From NCBI GenBank assembly GCA_002189035.1, contig NEEC01000411.1, forward strand, positions 1 to 38,488: a stretch of 38,488 nt of DNA. The letters are read 5' to 3'. Every line of letters begins with the position of its first letter. Within the stretch, counting starts at the first letter, position 1. A model generated the notes under the pieces. It had not been told where the DNA came from and made no database searches. It was given only the letters and a program-made list of their open reading frames with translations. This DNA comes from Utricularia gibba. Taxonomy: Eukaryota > Plantae > Magnoliophyta. Positions 23,901-38,096 of the stretch are shown in pieces. Position numbers and translations under genes: made by a program.

Positions 23901-26900
23901 GTTTTTAATATGTCCACAGTTATCGGACAAACGTAACTCCAAATTATAATACTTGGAGCTCGAAAAGGGCTTCCCAACAGTGTGCTATGAAGAGCAAGGA
24001 TCTGCATGTTATGCAAGAGGTGCTTCGCGGACCAGGATGTGCGACGTAGTCATTTCATTGCGCATCATCATTCGGGGTGCATCCTAAAAATCACACGTGC
24101 ACCGGATTCATTAAAAATAAATATTTACGCATATCCAGAGTATATAACAGTGTTGGGATAAGTGATGCCACGAAATTCATGATGTAGCATGTGACTTTTT
24201 TCCAACTTGATCGCATAGTAGATGAATTCTGACACCATATGTTTTGGCTTTGATTGATGCATTTAGTTGCTATGATACTTCTGATTCTTGATGCACCATT
24301 CCCGTATACCATGTCTCTAGTGGCTATTTGATTCTTTTGCCTTGTATGTTGTTCGCATCAATTTCGAGAACATGAAGCACATTATTAAATGCAGTCACCA
24401 CGGAATGCCACGTGAGACACTTTTCGTTGTGGCTTGTTTTTAATATGTCCACAGTTATCGGACAAACGTAACTCCAAATTATAATACTTGGAGCTCGAAA
24501 AGGGCTTCCCAACAGTGTGCTATGAAGAGCAAGGATCTGCATGTTATGCAAGAGGTGCTTCGCGGACCAGGATGTGCGACGTAGTCATTTCATTGCGCAT
24601 CATCATTCGGGTGCATCCTAAAAATCACACGTGCACGGATTCATTAAAAATAAATATTTACGCATATCCAGAGTATAAACAGTGTTGGGATAAGTGATGC
24701 CAAAATTCATGATGTAGCATGTGACTTTTTTCCAACTTGATCGCATAGTAGATGAATTCTGACACCATATGTTTTGGCTTTTGATTGATGCATTTAGTTG
24801 CTATGATACTTCTGATTCTTGATGCACCATTCCCGTATACCATGTCTCTAGTGGCTATTTGATTCTTTTGCCTTGTATGTTGTTCGCATCAATTTCGAGA
24901 ACATGAAGCACATTATTAAATGCAATCACCACGGAATGCCACGTGAGACACTTTTCGTTGTGGCTTTTTTAATATGTCCACAGTTATCGGACAAACGTAA
25001 CTCCAAATTATAATACTTGGAGCTCGAAAAGGGCTTCCCAACAGTGTGCTATGAAGAGCAAGGATCTGCATGTTATGCGAGGTGCTTCGCGGACCAGGAT
25101 GTGCGACGTAGTCATTTCATTGCGCATCATCATTCGGGGTGCATCCTAAAAATCACACGTGCACGGATTCATTAAAAATAAATATTTACGCATATCCAGA
25201 TGTATAACAGTGTTGGGATAAGTGATGCCACGAAATTCATGATGTAGCATGTGACTTTTTCCAACTTGATCGCATAGTAGATGAATTCTGACACCATATT
25301 TTGGCTGTTGATTGATGCATTTAGTTGCTATGATACTTCTGATTCTTGATGCACCATTCCCGTATACCATGTCTCTAGTGGCTATTTGATTCTTTTGCCT
25401 TGTATGTTCGCATCAATTTCGAGAACATGAAGCACATTATTAAATGCAGTCACCACGGAATGCCACGTGAGACACTTTCGTTGTGGCTTTTTTTAATATG
25501 TCCACAGTTATCGGACAAACGTAACTCCAAATTATAATACTTGGAGCTCGAAAAGGGCTTCCCAACAGTGTGCTATGAAGAGCAAGGATCTGCATGTTAT
25601 GCAAGAGGTGCTTCGCGGACCAGGATGTGCGACGTAGTCATTTCATTGCGCATCATCATTCGGGGTGCATCCTAAAAACACACACGTGCACGGGATTCAT
25701 TAAAAATAAATATTTACGCATATCCAGAGTGTATAAACAGTGTTGGGATAAGTGATGCCACGAAATTCATGATGTAGCATGTGACTTTTTTCCAACTTGA
25801 TCGCATAGTAGATGAAGTTTGACACCATATGTTTTGGCTTTGATTGATGCATTTAGTTGCTATGATACTTCTGATTCTTGATGCACCATTCCCGTATACC
25901 ATGTCTCTAGTGGCTATTTGATTCTTTTGCCTGTATGTTTTCGCATCAATTCGAGAACATGAAGCACATTATTAAATGCAGCCACCACGAAATGCACGTG
26001 AGACACTTTTCGTTGTGGCTTGTTTTTAATATGTCCACAGTTATCGGACAAACGTAACTCCAAATTATAATACTTGGAGCTCGAAAAGGGCTTCCCAACA
26101 GTGTGCTATGAAGAGCAAGGATCTGCATGTTATGCAAGAGGTGCTTCGCGGACCAGGATGTGCGACGTAGTCATTTCATTGCGCATCATCATTCGGGGTG
26201 CATCCTAAAAATCACACGTGCACGGGATTCATTAAAAATAAATATTTACGCATATCCAGAGTGTATAACAGTGTTGGGATAAGTGATGCCACGAAATTCA
26301 TGATGTAGCATGTGACTTTTTTCCAACTTGATCGCATAGTAGATGAATTGACACCATGTTTTGGCTTTGATTGATGCATTAGTTGCTATGATACTTCTGA
26401 TTCTTGATGCACCATTCCCGTATACCATGTCTCTAGTGGCTATTTGATTCTTTTGCCTTGTATGTTTCGCATCAATTTCGAGAACATGAAGCACATTATT
26501 AAATGCAGTCACCACGGAATGCCACGTGAGACACTTTTCGTTGTGGCTTGTTTTTAATATGTCCACAGTTATCGGACAAACGTAACTCCAAATTATAATA
26601 CTTGGAGCTCGAAAAGGGCTTCCCAACAGTGTGCTATGAAGAGCAAGGATCTGCATGTTATGCAAGAGGTGCTTCGCGGACCAGGATGTGCGACGTAGTC
26701 ATTTCATTGCGCATCATCATTCGGGTGCATCCTAAAAATCACACGTGCACGGATTCATTAAAAATAAATATTTACGCATATCCAGAGTGTATAACAGTGT
26801 TGGGATAAGTGATGCCACGAAATTCATGATGTAGCATGTGACTTTTTTCCAACTTGATCGCATAGTAGATGAATTCTGACACCATATGTTTTGGCTTTTG

Positions 26901-28545
26901 ATTGATGCATTTAGTTGCTATGATACTTCTGATTCTTGATGCACCATTCCCGTATACCATGTCTCTAGTGGCTATTTGATTCTTTTGCCTTGTATGTTGT
27001 TCGCATCAATTTCGAGAACATGAAGCACATTATTAAAGCAGTCACCACGGAATGCCACGTGAGACACTTTTCGTTGTGGCTTTTTTAATATGTCCACAGT
27101 TATCGGACAAACGTAACTCCAAATTATAATACTTGGAGCTCGAAAGGGCTTCCCAACAGTGTGCTATGAAGAGCAAGGATCTGCATGTTATGCAAGAGGT
27201 GCTTCGCGGACCAGGATGTGCGACGTAGTCATTTCATTGCGCATCATCATTCGGGGTGCATCCTAAAAATCACACGTGCACGGGATTCATTAAAAATAAA
27301 TATTTACGCATATCCAGAGTGTATAACAGTGTTGGGATAAGTGATGCCACGAAATTCATGATGTAGCATGTGACTTTTTTTCCAACTTGATCGCATAGTA
27401 GATGAATTCTGACACCATATGTTTTGGCTTTTGATTGATGCATTTAGTTGCTATGATACTTCTGATTCTTGATGCACCATTCCGTATACCATGTCTCTAG
27501 TGGCTATTTGATTCTTTGCCTTGTATGTTTTTCGCATCAATTTCGAGAACATGAAGCACATTATTAAATGCAGTCACCACGGAATGCCACGTGAGACACT
27601 TTTCGTTGTGGCTTGTTTTAATATGTCCACAGTTATCGGACAAACGTAACTCCAAATTATAATACTTGGAGCTCGAAAAGGGCTTCCCAACAGTGTGCTA
27701 TGAAGAGCAAGGATCTGCATGTTATGCAAGAGGTGCTTCGCGGACCAGGATGTGCGACGTAGTCATTTCATTGCGCATCATCATTCGGGGTGCATCCTAA
27801 AAATCACACGTGCACGGATTCATTAAAAATAAATATTTACGCATATCCAGAGTGTATAACAGTGTTGGGATAAGTGATGCCACGAAATTCATGATGTAGC
27901 ATGTGACTTTTTTCCAACTTGATCGCATAGTAGATGAATTCTGACACCATATGTTTTGGCTTTGATTGATGCATTTAGTTGCTATGATACTTCTGATTCT
28001 TGATGCACCATTCCCGTATACCATGTCTCTAGTGGCTATTTGATTCTTTTGCCTTGTATGTTGTTCGCATCAATTTCGAGAACATGAAGCACATTATTAA
28101 ATGCAGTCACCACGGAATGCCACGTGAGACACTTTTCGTTGTGGCTTTTTTTAATATGTCCACAGTTATCGGACAAACGTAACTCCAAATTATAATACTT
28201 GGAGCTCGAAAGGGCTTCCCAACAGTGTGCTATGAAGAGCAAGGATCTGCATGTTATGCAGAGGTGCTTCGCGGACCAGGATGTGCGACGTAGTCATTTC
28301 ATTGCGCATCATCATTCGGGTGCATCCTAAAAATCACACGTGCACGGATTCATTAAAAATAAATATTTACGCATATCCAGATTATATAACAGTGTTGGGA
28401 TAAGTGATGCCACGAAATTCATGATGTAGCATGTGACTTTTTTCCAACTTGATCGCATAGTAGATGAATTCTGACACCATATGTTTTGGCTTTGATTGAT
28501 GCATTTAGTTGCTATGATACTTCTGATTCTTGATGCACCATTCCC

Positions 28546-29080
28546 GTATACCATGTCTCTAGTGGCTATTTGATTCTTTTGCCTTGTATGTTGTTCGCAT
28601 CAATTTCGAGAACATGAAGCACATTATTAAATGCAGTCACCACGGAATGCCACGTGAGACACTTTTCGTTGTGGCTTGTTTTTAATATGTCCACAGTTAT
28701 CGGACAAACGTAACTCCAAATTATAATACTTGGAGCTCGAAAAGGGCTTCCCAACAGTGTGCTATGAAGAGCAAGGATCTGCATGTTATGCAAGAGGTGC
28801 TTCGCGGACCAGGATGTGCGACGTAGTCATTTCATTGCGCATCATCATTCGGGGTGCATCCTAAAAATCACACGTGCACGGATTCATTAAAAATAAATAT
28901 TTACGCATATCCAGAGTGTATAACAGTGTTGGGATAAGTGATGCCACGAAATTCATGATGTAGCATGTGACTTTTTTCCAACTTGATCGCATAGTAGATG
29001 AATTCTGACACCATATGTTTTGGCTTTTGATTGATGCATTTAGTTGCTATGATACTTCTGATTCTTGATGCACCATTCCC
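28546..29080. repeat. Representative near-consensus monomer (copy 56, 535 bp)
   Basis: It differs from my hand-built 536-bp consensus only by CACGG versus CACGGG. Copy 60 (30665-31201, 537 bp) equals the consensus plus one A. The consensus has single EcoRI, SacI, NdeI, NsiI, ApaLI, BspHI and FspI sites and two CACGTG sites. The phase is arbitrary because the array has no visible start. Confidence 0.93.
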
Positions 29081-32000
29081 GTATACCATGTCTCTAGTGG
29101 CTATTTGATTCTTTTGCCTTGTATGTTGTTCGCATCAATTTCGAGAACATGAAGCACATTATTAAATGCAGTCACCACGAATGCCACGTGAGACACTTTT
29201 CGTTGTGGCTTTTTTAATATGTCCACAGTTATCGGACAAACGTAACTCCAAATTATAATACTTGGAGCTCGAAAAGGGCTTCCCAACAGTGTGCTATGAA
29301 GAGCAAGGATCTGCATGTTATGCAAGAGTGCTTCGCGGACCAGGATGCGACGTAGTCATTTCATTGCGCATCATCATTCGGGGTGCATCCTAAAAATCAC
29401 ACGTGCACGGATTCATTAAAAATAAATATTTACGCATATCCAGATGTATAACAGTGTTGGGATAAGTGATGCCACGAAATTCATGATGTAGCATGTGACT
29501 TTTTTCCAACTTGATCGCATAGTAGATGAATTCTGACACCATATGTTTTGGCTTTGATTGATGCATTTAGTTGCTATGATACTTCTGATTCTTGATGCAC
29601 CATTCCCGTATACCATGTCTCTAGTGGCTATTTGATTCTTTTGCCTTGTATGTTCGCATCAATTTCGAGAACATGAAGCACATTATTAAATGCAGTCACC
29701 ACGGAATGCCACGTGAGACACTTTTCGTTGTGGCTTGTTTTAATATGTCCACAGTTATCGGACAAACGTAACTCCAAATTATAATACTTGGAGCTCGAAA
29801 AGGGCTTCCAACAGTGTGCTATGAAGAGCAAGGATCTGCATGTTATGCAAGAGGTGCTTCGCGGACCAGGATGTGCGACGTAGTCATTTCATTGCGCATC
29901 ATCATTCGGGGTGCATCCTAAAAATCACACGTGCACGGGATTCATTAAATAAATATTTACGCATATCCAGAGTTATAACAGTGTTGGGATAAGTGATGCC
30001 ACGAAATTCATGATGTAGCATGTGACTTTTTTCCAACTTGATCGCATAGTAGATGAATCTGACACCATATGTTTTGGCTTTTGATTGATGCATTTAGTTG
30101 CTATGATACTTCTGATTCTTGATGCACCATTCCCGTATACCATGTCTCTAGTGGCTATTTGATTCTTTTGCCTTGTATGTTGTTTCGCATCAATTTCGAG
30201 AACATGAAGCACATTATTAAATGCAGTCACCACGGAATGCCACGTGAGACACTTTTCGTTGTGGCTTTTTTAATATGTCCACAGTTATCGGACAAACGTA
30301 ACTCCAAATTATAATACTTGGAGCTCGAAAAGGGCTTCCCAACAGTGTGCTATGAAGAGCAAGGATCTGCATGTTATGCAGAGGTGCTTCGCGGACCAGG
30401 ATGTGCGACGTAGTCATTTCATTGCGCATCATCATTCGGGGTGCAGCCTAAAAATCACACGTGCACGGATTCATTAAAAATAAATATTTACGCATATCCA
30501 GATGTATAACAGTGTTGGGATAAGTGATGCCACGAAATTCATGATGTAGCATGTGACTTTTTTCCAACTTGATCGCATAGTAGATGAATCTGACACCATA
30601 TGTTTTGGCTTTGATTGATGCATTTAGTTGCTATGATACTTCTGATTCTTGATGCACCATTCCCGTATACCATGTCTCTAGTGGCTATTTGATTCTTTTG
30701 CCTTGTATGTTGTTCGCATCAATTTCGAGAACATGAAGCACATTATTAAATGCAGTCACCACGGAATGCCACGTGAGACACTTTTCGTTGTGGCTTGTTT
30801 TTAATATGTCCACAGTTATCGGACAAACGTAACTCCAAATTATAATACTTGGAGCTCGAAAAGGGCTTCCCAACAGTGTGCTATGAAGAGCAAGGATCTG
30901 CATGTTATGCAAGAGGTGCTTCGCGGACCAGGATGTGCGACGTAGTCATTTCATTGCGCATCATCATTCGGGGTGCATCCTAAAAAATCACACGTGCACG
31001 GGATTCATTAAAAATAAATATTTACGCATATCCAGAGTGTATAACAGTGTTGGGATAAGTGATGCCACGAAATTCATGATGTAGCATGTGACTTTTTTCC
31101 AACTTGATCGCATAGTAGATGAATTCTGACACCATATGTTTTGGCTTTTGATTGATGCATTTAGTTGCTATGATACTTCTGATTCTTGATGCACCATTCC
31201 CGTATACCATGTCTCTAGTGGCTATTTGATTCTTTTGCCTTGTATGTTGTTCGCATCAATTTCGAGAACATGAAGCACATTATTAAATGCAGTCACCACG
31301 GAATGCCACGTGAGACACTTTTCGTTGTGGCTTTTTTAATATGTCCACAGTTATCGGACAAACGTAACTCCAAATTATAATACTTGGAGCTCGAAAAGGG
31401 CTTCCCAACAGTGTGCTATGAAGAGCAAGGATCTGCATGTTATGCAAGAGGTGCTTCGCGGACCAGGATGTGCGACGTAGTCATTTCATTGCGCATCATC
31501 ATTCGGGGTGCATCCTAAAAATCACACGTGCACGGATTCATTAAAAATAAATATTTACGCATATCCAGAGTATATAACAGTGTTGGGATAAGTGATGCCA
31601 CGAAATTCATGATGTAGCATGTGACTTTTTTCCAACTTGATCGCATAGTAGATGAATTCTGACACCATATGTTTTGGCTTTGATTGATGCATTTAGTTGC
31701 TATGATACTTCTGATTCTTGATGCACCATTCCCGTATACCATGTCTCTAGTGGCTATTTGATTCTTTTGCCTTGTATGTTGTTCGCATCAATTTCGAGAA
31801 CATGAAGCACATTATTAAATGCAATCACCACGGAATGCCACGTGAGACACTTTTCGTTGTGGCTTTTTTAATATGTCCACAGTTATCGGACAAACGTAAC
31901 TCCAAATTATAATACTTGGAGCTCGAAAAGGGCTTCCCAACAGTGTGCTATGAAGAGCAAGGATCTGCATGTTATGCAAGAGGTGCTTCGCGGACCAGGA

Positions 32001-35000
32001 TGTGCGACGTAGTCATTTCATTGCGCATCATCATTCGGGGTGCATCCTAAAAATCACACGTGCACGGATTCATTAAAAATAAATATTTACGCATATCCAG
32101 ATGTATAACAGTGTTGGGATAAGTGATGCCACGAAATTCATGATGTAGCATGTGACTTTTTTCCAACTTGATCGCATAGTAGATGAATTCTGACACCATA
32201 TGTTTTGGCTTTTGATTGATGCATTTAGTTGCTATGATACTTCTGATTCTTGATGCACCATTCCCGTATACCATGTCTCTAGTGGCTATTTGATTCTTTT
32301 GCCTTGTATGTTGTTCGCATCAATTTCGAGAACATGAAGCACATTATTAAATGCAGTCACCACGGAATGCCACGTGAGACACTTTTCGTTGTGGCTTGTT
32401 TTTAATATGTCCACAGTTATCGGACAAACGTAACTCCAAATTATAATACTTGGAGCTCGAAAAGGGCTTCCAACAGTGTGCTATGAAGAGCAAGGATCTG
32501 CATGTTATGCAAGAGGTGCTTCGCGGACCAGGATGTGCGACGTAGTCATTTTCATTGCGCATCATCATTCGGGGTGCATCCTAAAAATCACACGTGCACG
32601 GGATTCATTAAAAATAAATATTTACGCATATCCAGAGTATATAACAGTGTTGGGATAAGTGATGCCACGAAATTCATGATGTAGCATGTGACTTTTTTCC
32701 AACTTGATCGCATAGTAGATGAATTCTGACACCATATGTTTTGGCTTTTGATTGATGCATTTAGTTGCTATGATACTTCTGATTCTTGATGCACCATTCC
32801 CGTATACCATGTCTCTAGTGGCTATTTGATTCTTTTGCCTTGTATGTTGTTCGCATCAATTTCGAGAACATGAAGCACATTATTAAATGCAGTCACCACG
32901 AATGCCACGTGAGACACTTTCGTTGTGGCTTTTTTAATATGTCCACAGTTATCGGACAAACGTAACTCCAAATTATAATACTTGGAGCTCGAAAGGGCTT
33001 CCCAACAGTGTGCTATGAAGAGCAAGGATCTGCATGTTATGCAGAGGTGCTTCGCGGACCAGGATGTGCGATAGTCATTCATTGCGCATCATCATTCGGG
33101 GTGCATCCTAAAAATCACACGTGCACGGATTCATTAAAAATAAATATTTACGCATATCCAGAGTATATAACAGTGTTGGGATAAGTGATGCCACGAAATT
33201 CATGATGTAGCATGTGACTTTTTTCCAACTTGATCGCATAGTAGATGAATCTGACACCATATGTTTTGGCTTTGATTGATGCATTTAGTTGCTATGATAC
33301 TTCTGATTCTTGATGCACCATTCCCGTATACCATGTCTCTAGTGGCTATTTGATTCTTTTGCCTTGTATGTTGTTCGCATCAATTCGAGAACATGAAGCA
33401 CATTATTAAATGCAGTCACCACGGAATGCCACGTGAGACACTTTTCGTTGTGGCTTTTTTTAATATGTCCACAGTTTCGGACAAACGTAACTCCAAATTA
33501 TAATACTTGGAGCTCGAAAAGGGCTTCCCAACAGTGCTATGAAGAGCAAGGATCTGCATGTTATGCAAGAGGTGCTTCGCGGACCAGGATGTGCGACGTA
33601 GTCATTTCATTGCGCATCATCATTCGGGGTGCATCCTAAAAATCACACGTGCACGGATTCATTAAAAATAAATATTTACGCATATCCAGAGTGTATAACA
33701 GTGTTGGGATAAGTGATGCCACGAAATTCATGATGTAGCATGTGACTTTTTTCCAACTTGATCGCATAGTAGATGAATTCTGACACCATTTGGCTTTGAT
33801 TGATGCATTTAGTTGCTATGATACTTCTGATTCTTGATGCACCATTCCCGTATACCATGTCTCTAGTGGCTATTTGATTCTTTTGCCTTGTATGTTGTTC
33901 GCATCAATTTCGAGAACATGAAGCACATTATTAAATGCAGTCACCACGGAATGCCACGTGAGACACTTTTCGTTGTGGCTTGTTTTTAATATGTCCACAG
34001 TTATCGGACAAACGTAACTCCAAATTATAATACTTGGAGCTCGAAAAGGGCTTCCAACAGTGTGCTATGAAGAGCAAGGATCTGCATGTTATGCAAGAGG
34101 TGCTTCGCGGACCAGGATGTGCGACGTAGTCATTTCATTGCGCATCATCATTCGGGGTGCATCCTAAAAATCACACGTGCACGGGATTCATTAAAAAAAT
34201 ATTTACGCATATCCAGATGTATAACAGTGTTGGGATAAGTGATGCCCGAAATTCATGATGTAGCATGTGACTTTTTTCCAACTTGATCGCATAGTAGATG
34301 AATCTGACACCATATGTTTTGGCTTTGATTGATGCATTTAGTTGCTATGATACTTCTGATTCTTGATGCACCATTCCCGTATACCATGTCTCTAGTGGCT
34401 ATTTGATTCTTTTGCCTTGTATGTTGTTCGCATCAATTTCGAGAACATGAAGCACATTATTAAATGCAGTCACCACGGAATGCCACGTGAGACACTTTTC
34501 GTTGTGGCTTTTTTAATATGTCCACAGTTATCGGACAAACGTAACTCCAAATTATAATACTTGGAGCTCGAAAGGGCTTCCCAACAGTGTGCTATGAAGA
34601 GCAAGGATCTGCATGTTATGCAAGAGGTGCTTCGCGGACCAGGATGTGCGACGTAGTCATTTCATTGCGCATCATCATTCGGGGTGCATCCTAAAAATCA
34701 CACGTGCACGGATTCATTAAAAATAAATATTTACGCATATCCAGAGTATATAACAGTGTTGGGATAAGTGATGCCACGAAATTCATGATGTAGCATGTGA
34801 CTTTTTTCCAACTTGATCGCATAGTAGATGAATCTGACACCATATGTTTTGGCTTTTGATTGATGCATTTAGTTGCTATGATACTTCTGATTCTTGATGC
34901 ACCATTCCCGTATACCATGTCTCTAGTGGCTATTTGATTCTTTTGCCTTGTATGTTGTTCGCATCAATTTCGAGAACATGAAGCACATTATTAAATGCAG

Positions 35001-38000
35001 TCACCACGGAATGCCACGTGAGACACTTTTCGTTGTGGCTTGTTTTTAATATGTCCACAGTTATCGGACAAACGTAACTCCAAATTATAATACTTGGAGC
35101 TCGAAAGGGCTTCCCAACAGTGTGCTATGAAGAGCAAGGATCTGCATGTTATGCAAGAGGTGCTTCGCGGACCAGGATGTGCGACGTAGTCATTCATTGC
35201 GCATCATCATTCGGGGTGCATCCTAAAAATCACACGTGCACGGATTCATTAAAAATAAATATTTACGCATATCCAGAGTGTATAACAGTGTTGGGATAAG
35301 TGATGCCACGAAATTCATGATGTAGCATGTGACTTTTTTCCAACTTGATCGCATAGTAGATGAATTCTGACACCATATGTTTTGGCTTTTGATTGATGCA
35401 TTTAGTTGCTATGATACTTCTGATTCTTGATGCACCATTCCCGTATACCATGTCTCTAGTGGCTATTTGATTCTTTTGCTTGTATGTTGTTGCATCAATT
35501 TCGAGAACATGAAGCACATTATTAAATGCAGTCACCACGGAATGCCACGTGAGACACTTTTCGTTGTGGCTTGTTTTTAATATGTCCACAGTTATCGGAC
35601 AAACGTAACTCCAAATTATAATACTTGGAGCTCGAAAAGGGCTTCCCAACAGTGTGCTATGAAGAGCAAGGATCTGCATGTTATGCAAGAGGTGCTTCGC
35701 GGACCAGGATGTGCGACGTAGTCATTTCATTGCGCATCATCATTCGGGGTGCATCCTAAAAATCACACGTGCACGGGATTCATTAAAAATAATATTTACG
35801 CATATCCAGAGTATATAACAGTGTTGGGATAAGTGATGCCACGAAATTCATGATGTAGCATGTGACTTTTTCCAACTTGATCGCATAGTAGATGAATCTG
35901 ACACCATATGTTTTGGCTTTTGATTGATGCATTTAGTTGCTATGATACTTCTGATTCTTGATGCACCATTCCCGTATACCATGTCTCTAGTGGCTATTTG
36001 ATTCTTTTGCCTTGTATGTTGTTCGCATCAATTTCGAGAACATGAAGCACATTATTAAATGCAGTCACCACGGAATGCCGTGAGACACTTTCGTTGTGGC
36101 TTTTTTAATATGTCCACAGTTATCGGACAAACGTAACTCCAAATTATAATACTTGGAGCTCGAAAAGGGCTTCCCAACAGTGTGCTATGAAGAGCAAGGA
36201 TCTGCATGTTATGCAAGAGGTGCTTCGCGGACCAGGATGTGCGACGTAGTCATTTCATTGCGCATCATCATTCGGGTGCATCCTAAAAATCACACGTGCA
36301 CGGATTCATTAAAAATAAATATTTACGCATATCCAGATTATATAACAGTGTTGGGATAAGTGATGACGAAATTCATGATGTAGCATGTGACTTTTTTCCA
36401 ACTTGATCGCATAGTAGATGAATCTGACACCATATGTTTTGGCTGTTGATTGATGCATTTAGTTGCTATGATACTTCTGATTCTTGATGCACCATTCCCG
36501 TATACCATGTCTCTAGTGGCTATTTGATTCTTTTGCCTTGTATGTTGTTCGCATCAATTTCGAGAACATGAAGCACATTATTAAATGCAGTCACCACGGA
36601 ATGCCACGTGAGACACTTTTCGTTGTGGCTTGTTTTTAATATGTCCACAGTTATCGGACAAACGTAACTCCAAATTATAATACTTGGAGCTCGAAAAGGG
36701 CTTCCCAACAGTGTGCTATGAAGAGCAAGGATCTGCATGTTATGCAAGAGGTGCTTCGCGGACCAGGATGTGCGACGTAGTCATTTCATTGCGCATCATC
36801 ATTCGGGGTGCATCCTAAAAATCACACGTGCACGGGATTCATTAAAAATAAATATTTACGCATATCCAGATTATATAACAGTGTTGGGATAAGTGATGCC
36901 ACGAAATTCATGATGTAGCATGTGACTTTTTTCCAACTTGATCGCATAGTAGATGAATTCTGACACCATATGTTTTGGCTTTTGATTGATGCATTTAGTT
37001 GCTATGATACTTCTGATTCTTGATGCACCATTCCCGTATACCATGTCTCTAGTGGCTATTTGATTCTTTTGCCTTGTATGTGTTCGCATCAATTTCGAGA
37101 ACATGAAGCACATTATTAAATGCAGTCACCACGGAATGCCACGTGAGACACTTTTCGTTGTGGCTTGTTTTTATATGTCCACAGTTATCGGACAAACGTA
37201 ACTCCAAATTATAATACTTGGAGCTCGAAAAGGGCTTCCAACAGTGTGCTATGAAGAGCAAGGATCTGCATGTTATGCAAGAGGTGCTTCGCGGACCAGG
37301 ATGTGCGACGTAGTCATTTCATTGCGCATCATCATTCGGGGTGCATCCTAAAAATCACACGTGCACGGATTCATTAAAAATAATATTTACGCATATCCAG
37401 AGTATATAACAGTGTTGGGATAAGTGATGCCACGAAATTCATGATGTAGCATGTGACTTTTTTCCAACTTGATCGCATAGTAGATGAATCTGACACCATA
37501 TGTTTTGGCTTTTGATTGATGCATTTAGTTGCTATGATACTTCTGATTCTTGATGCACCATTCCCGTATACCATGTCTCTAGTGGCTATTTGATTCTTTT
37601 GCCTTGTATGTTGTTCGCATCAATTTCGAGAACATGAAGCACATTATTAAATGCAGTCACCCGGAATGCCACGTGAGACACTTTTCGTTGTGGCTTTTTT
37701 TTAATGTCCACAGTTATCGGACAAACGTAACTCCAAATTATAATACTTGGAGCTCGAAAAGGGCTTCCCAACAGTGTGCTATGAAGAGCAAGGATCTGCA
37801 TGTTATGCAGAGGTGCTTCGCGGACCAGGATGTGCGACATAGTCATTTCATTGCGCATCATCATTCGGGGTGCAGCCTAAAAATCACACGTGCACCGGAT
37901 TCATTAAAAATAAATATTTACGCATATCCAGATTATATAACAGTGTTGGGATAAGTGATGCCACGAAATTCATGATGTAGCATGTGACTTTTTTCAACTT

Positions 38001-38096
38001 GATCGCATAGTAGATGAAGTCTGACACCATATGTTTTGGCTGTTGATTGATGCATTTAGTTGCTATGATACTTCTGATTCTTGATGCACCATTCCC

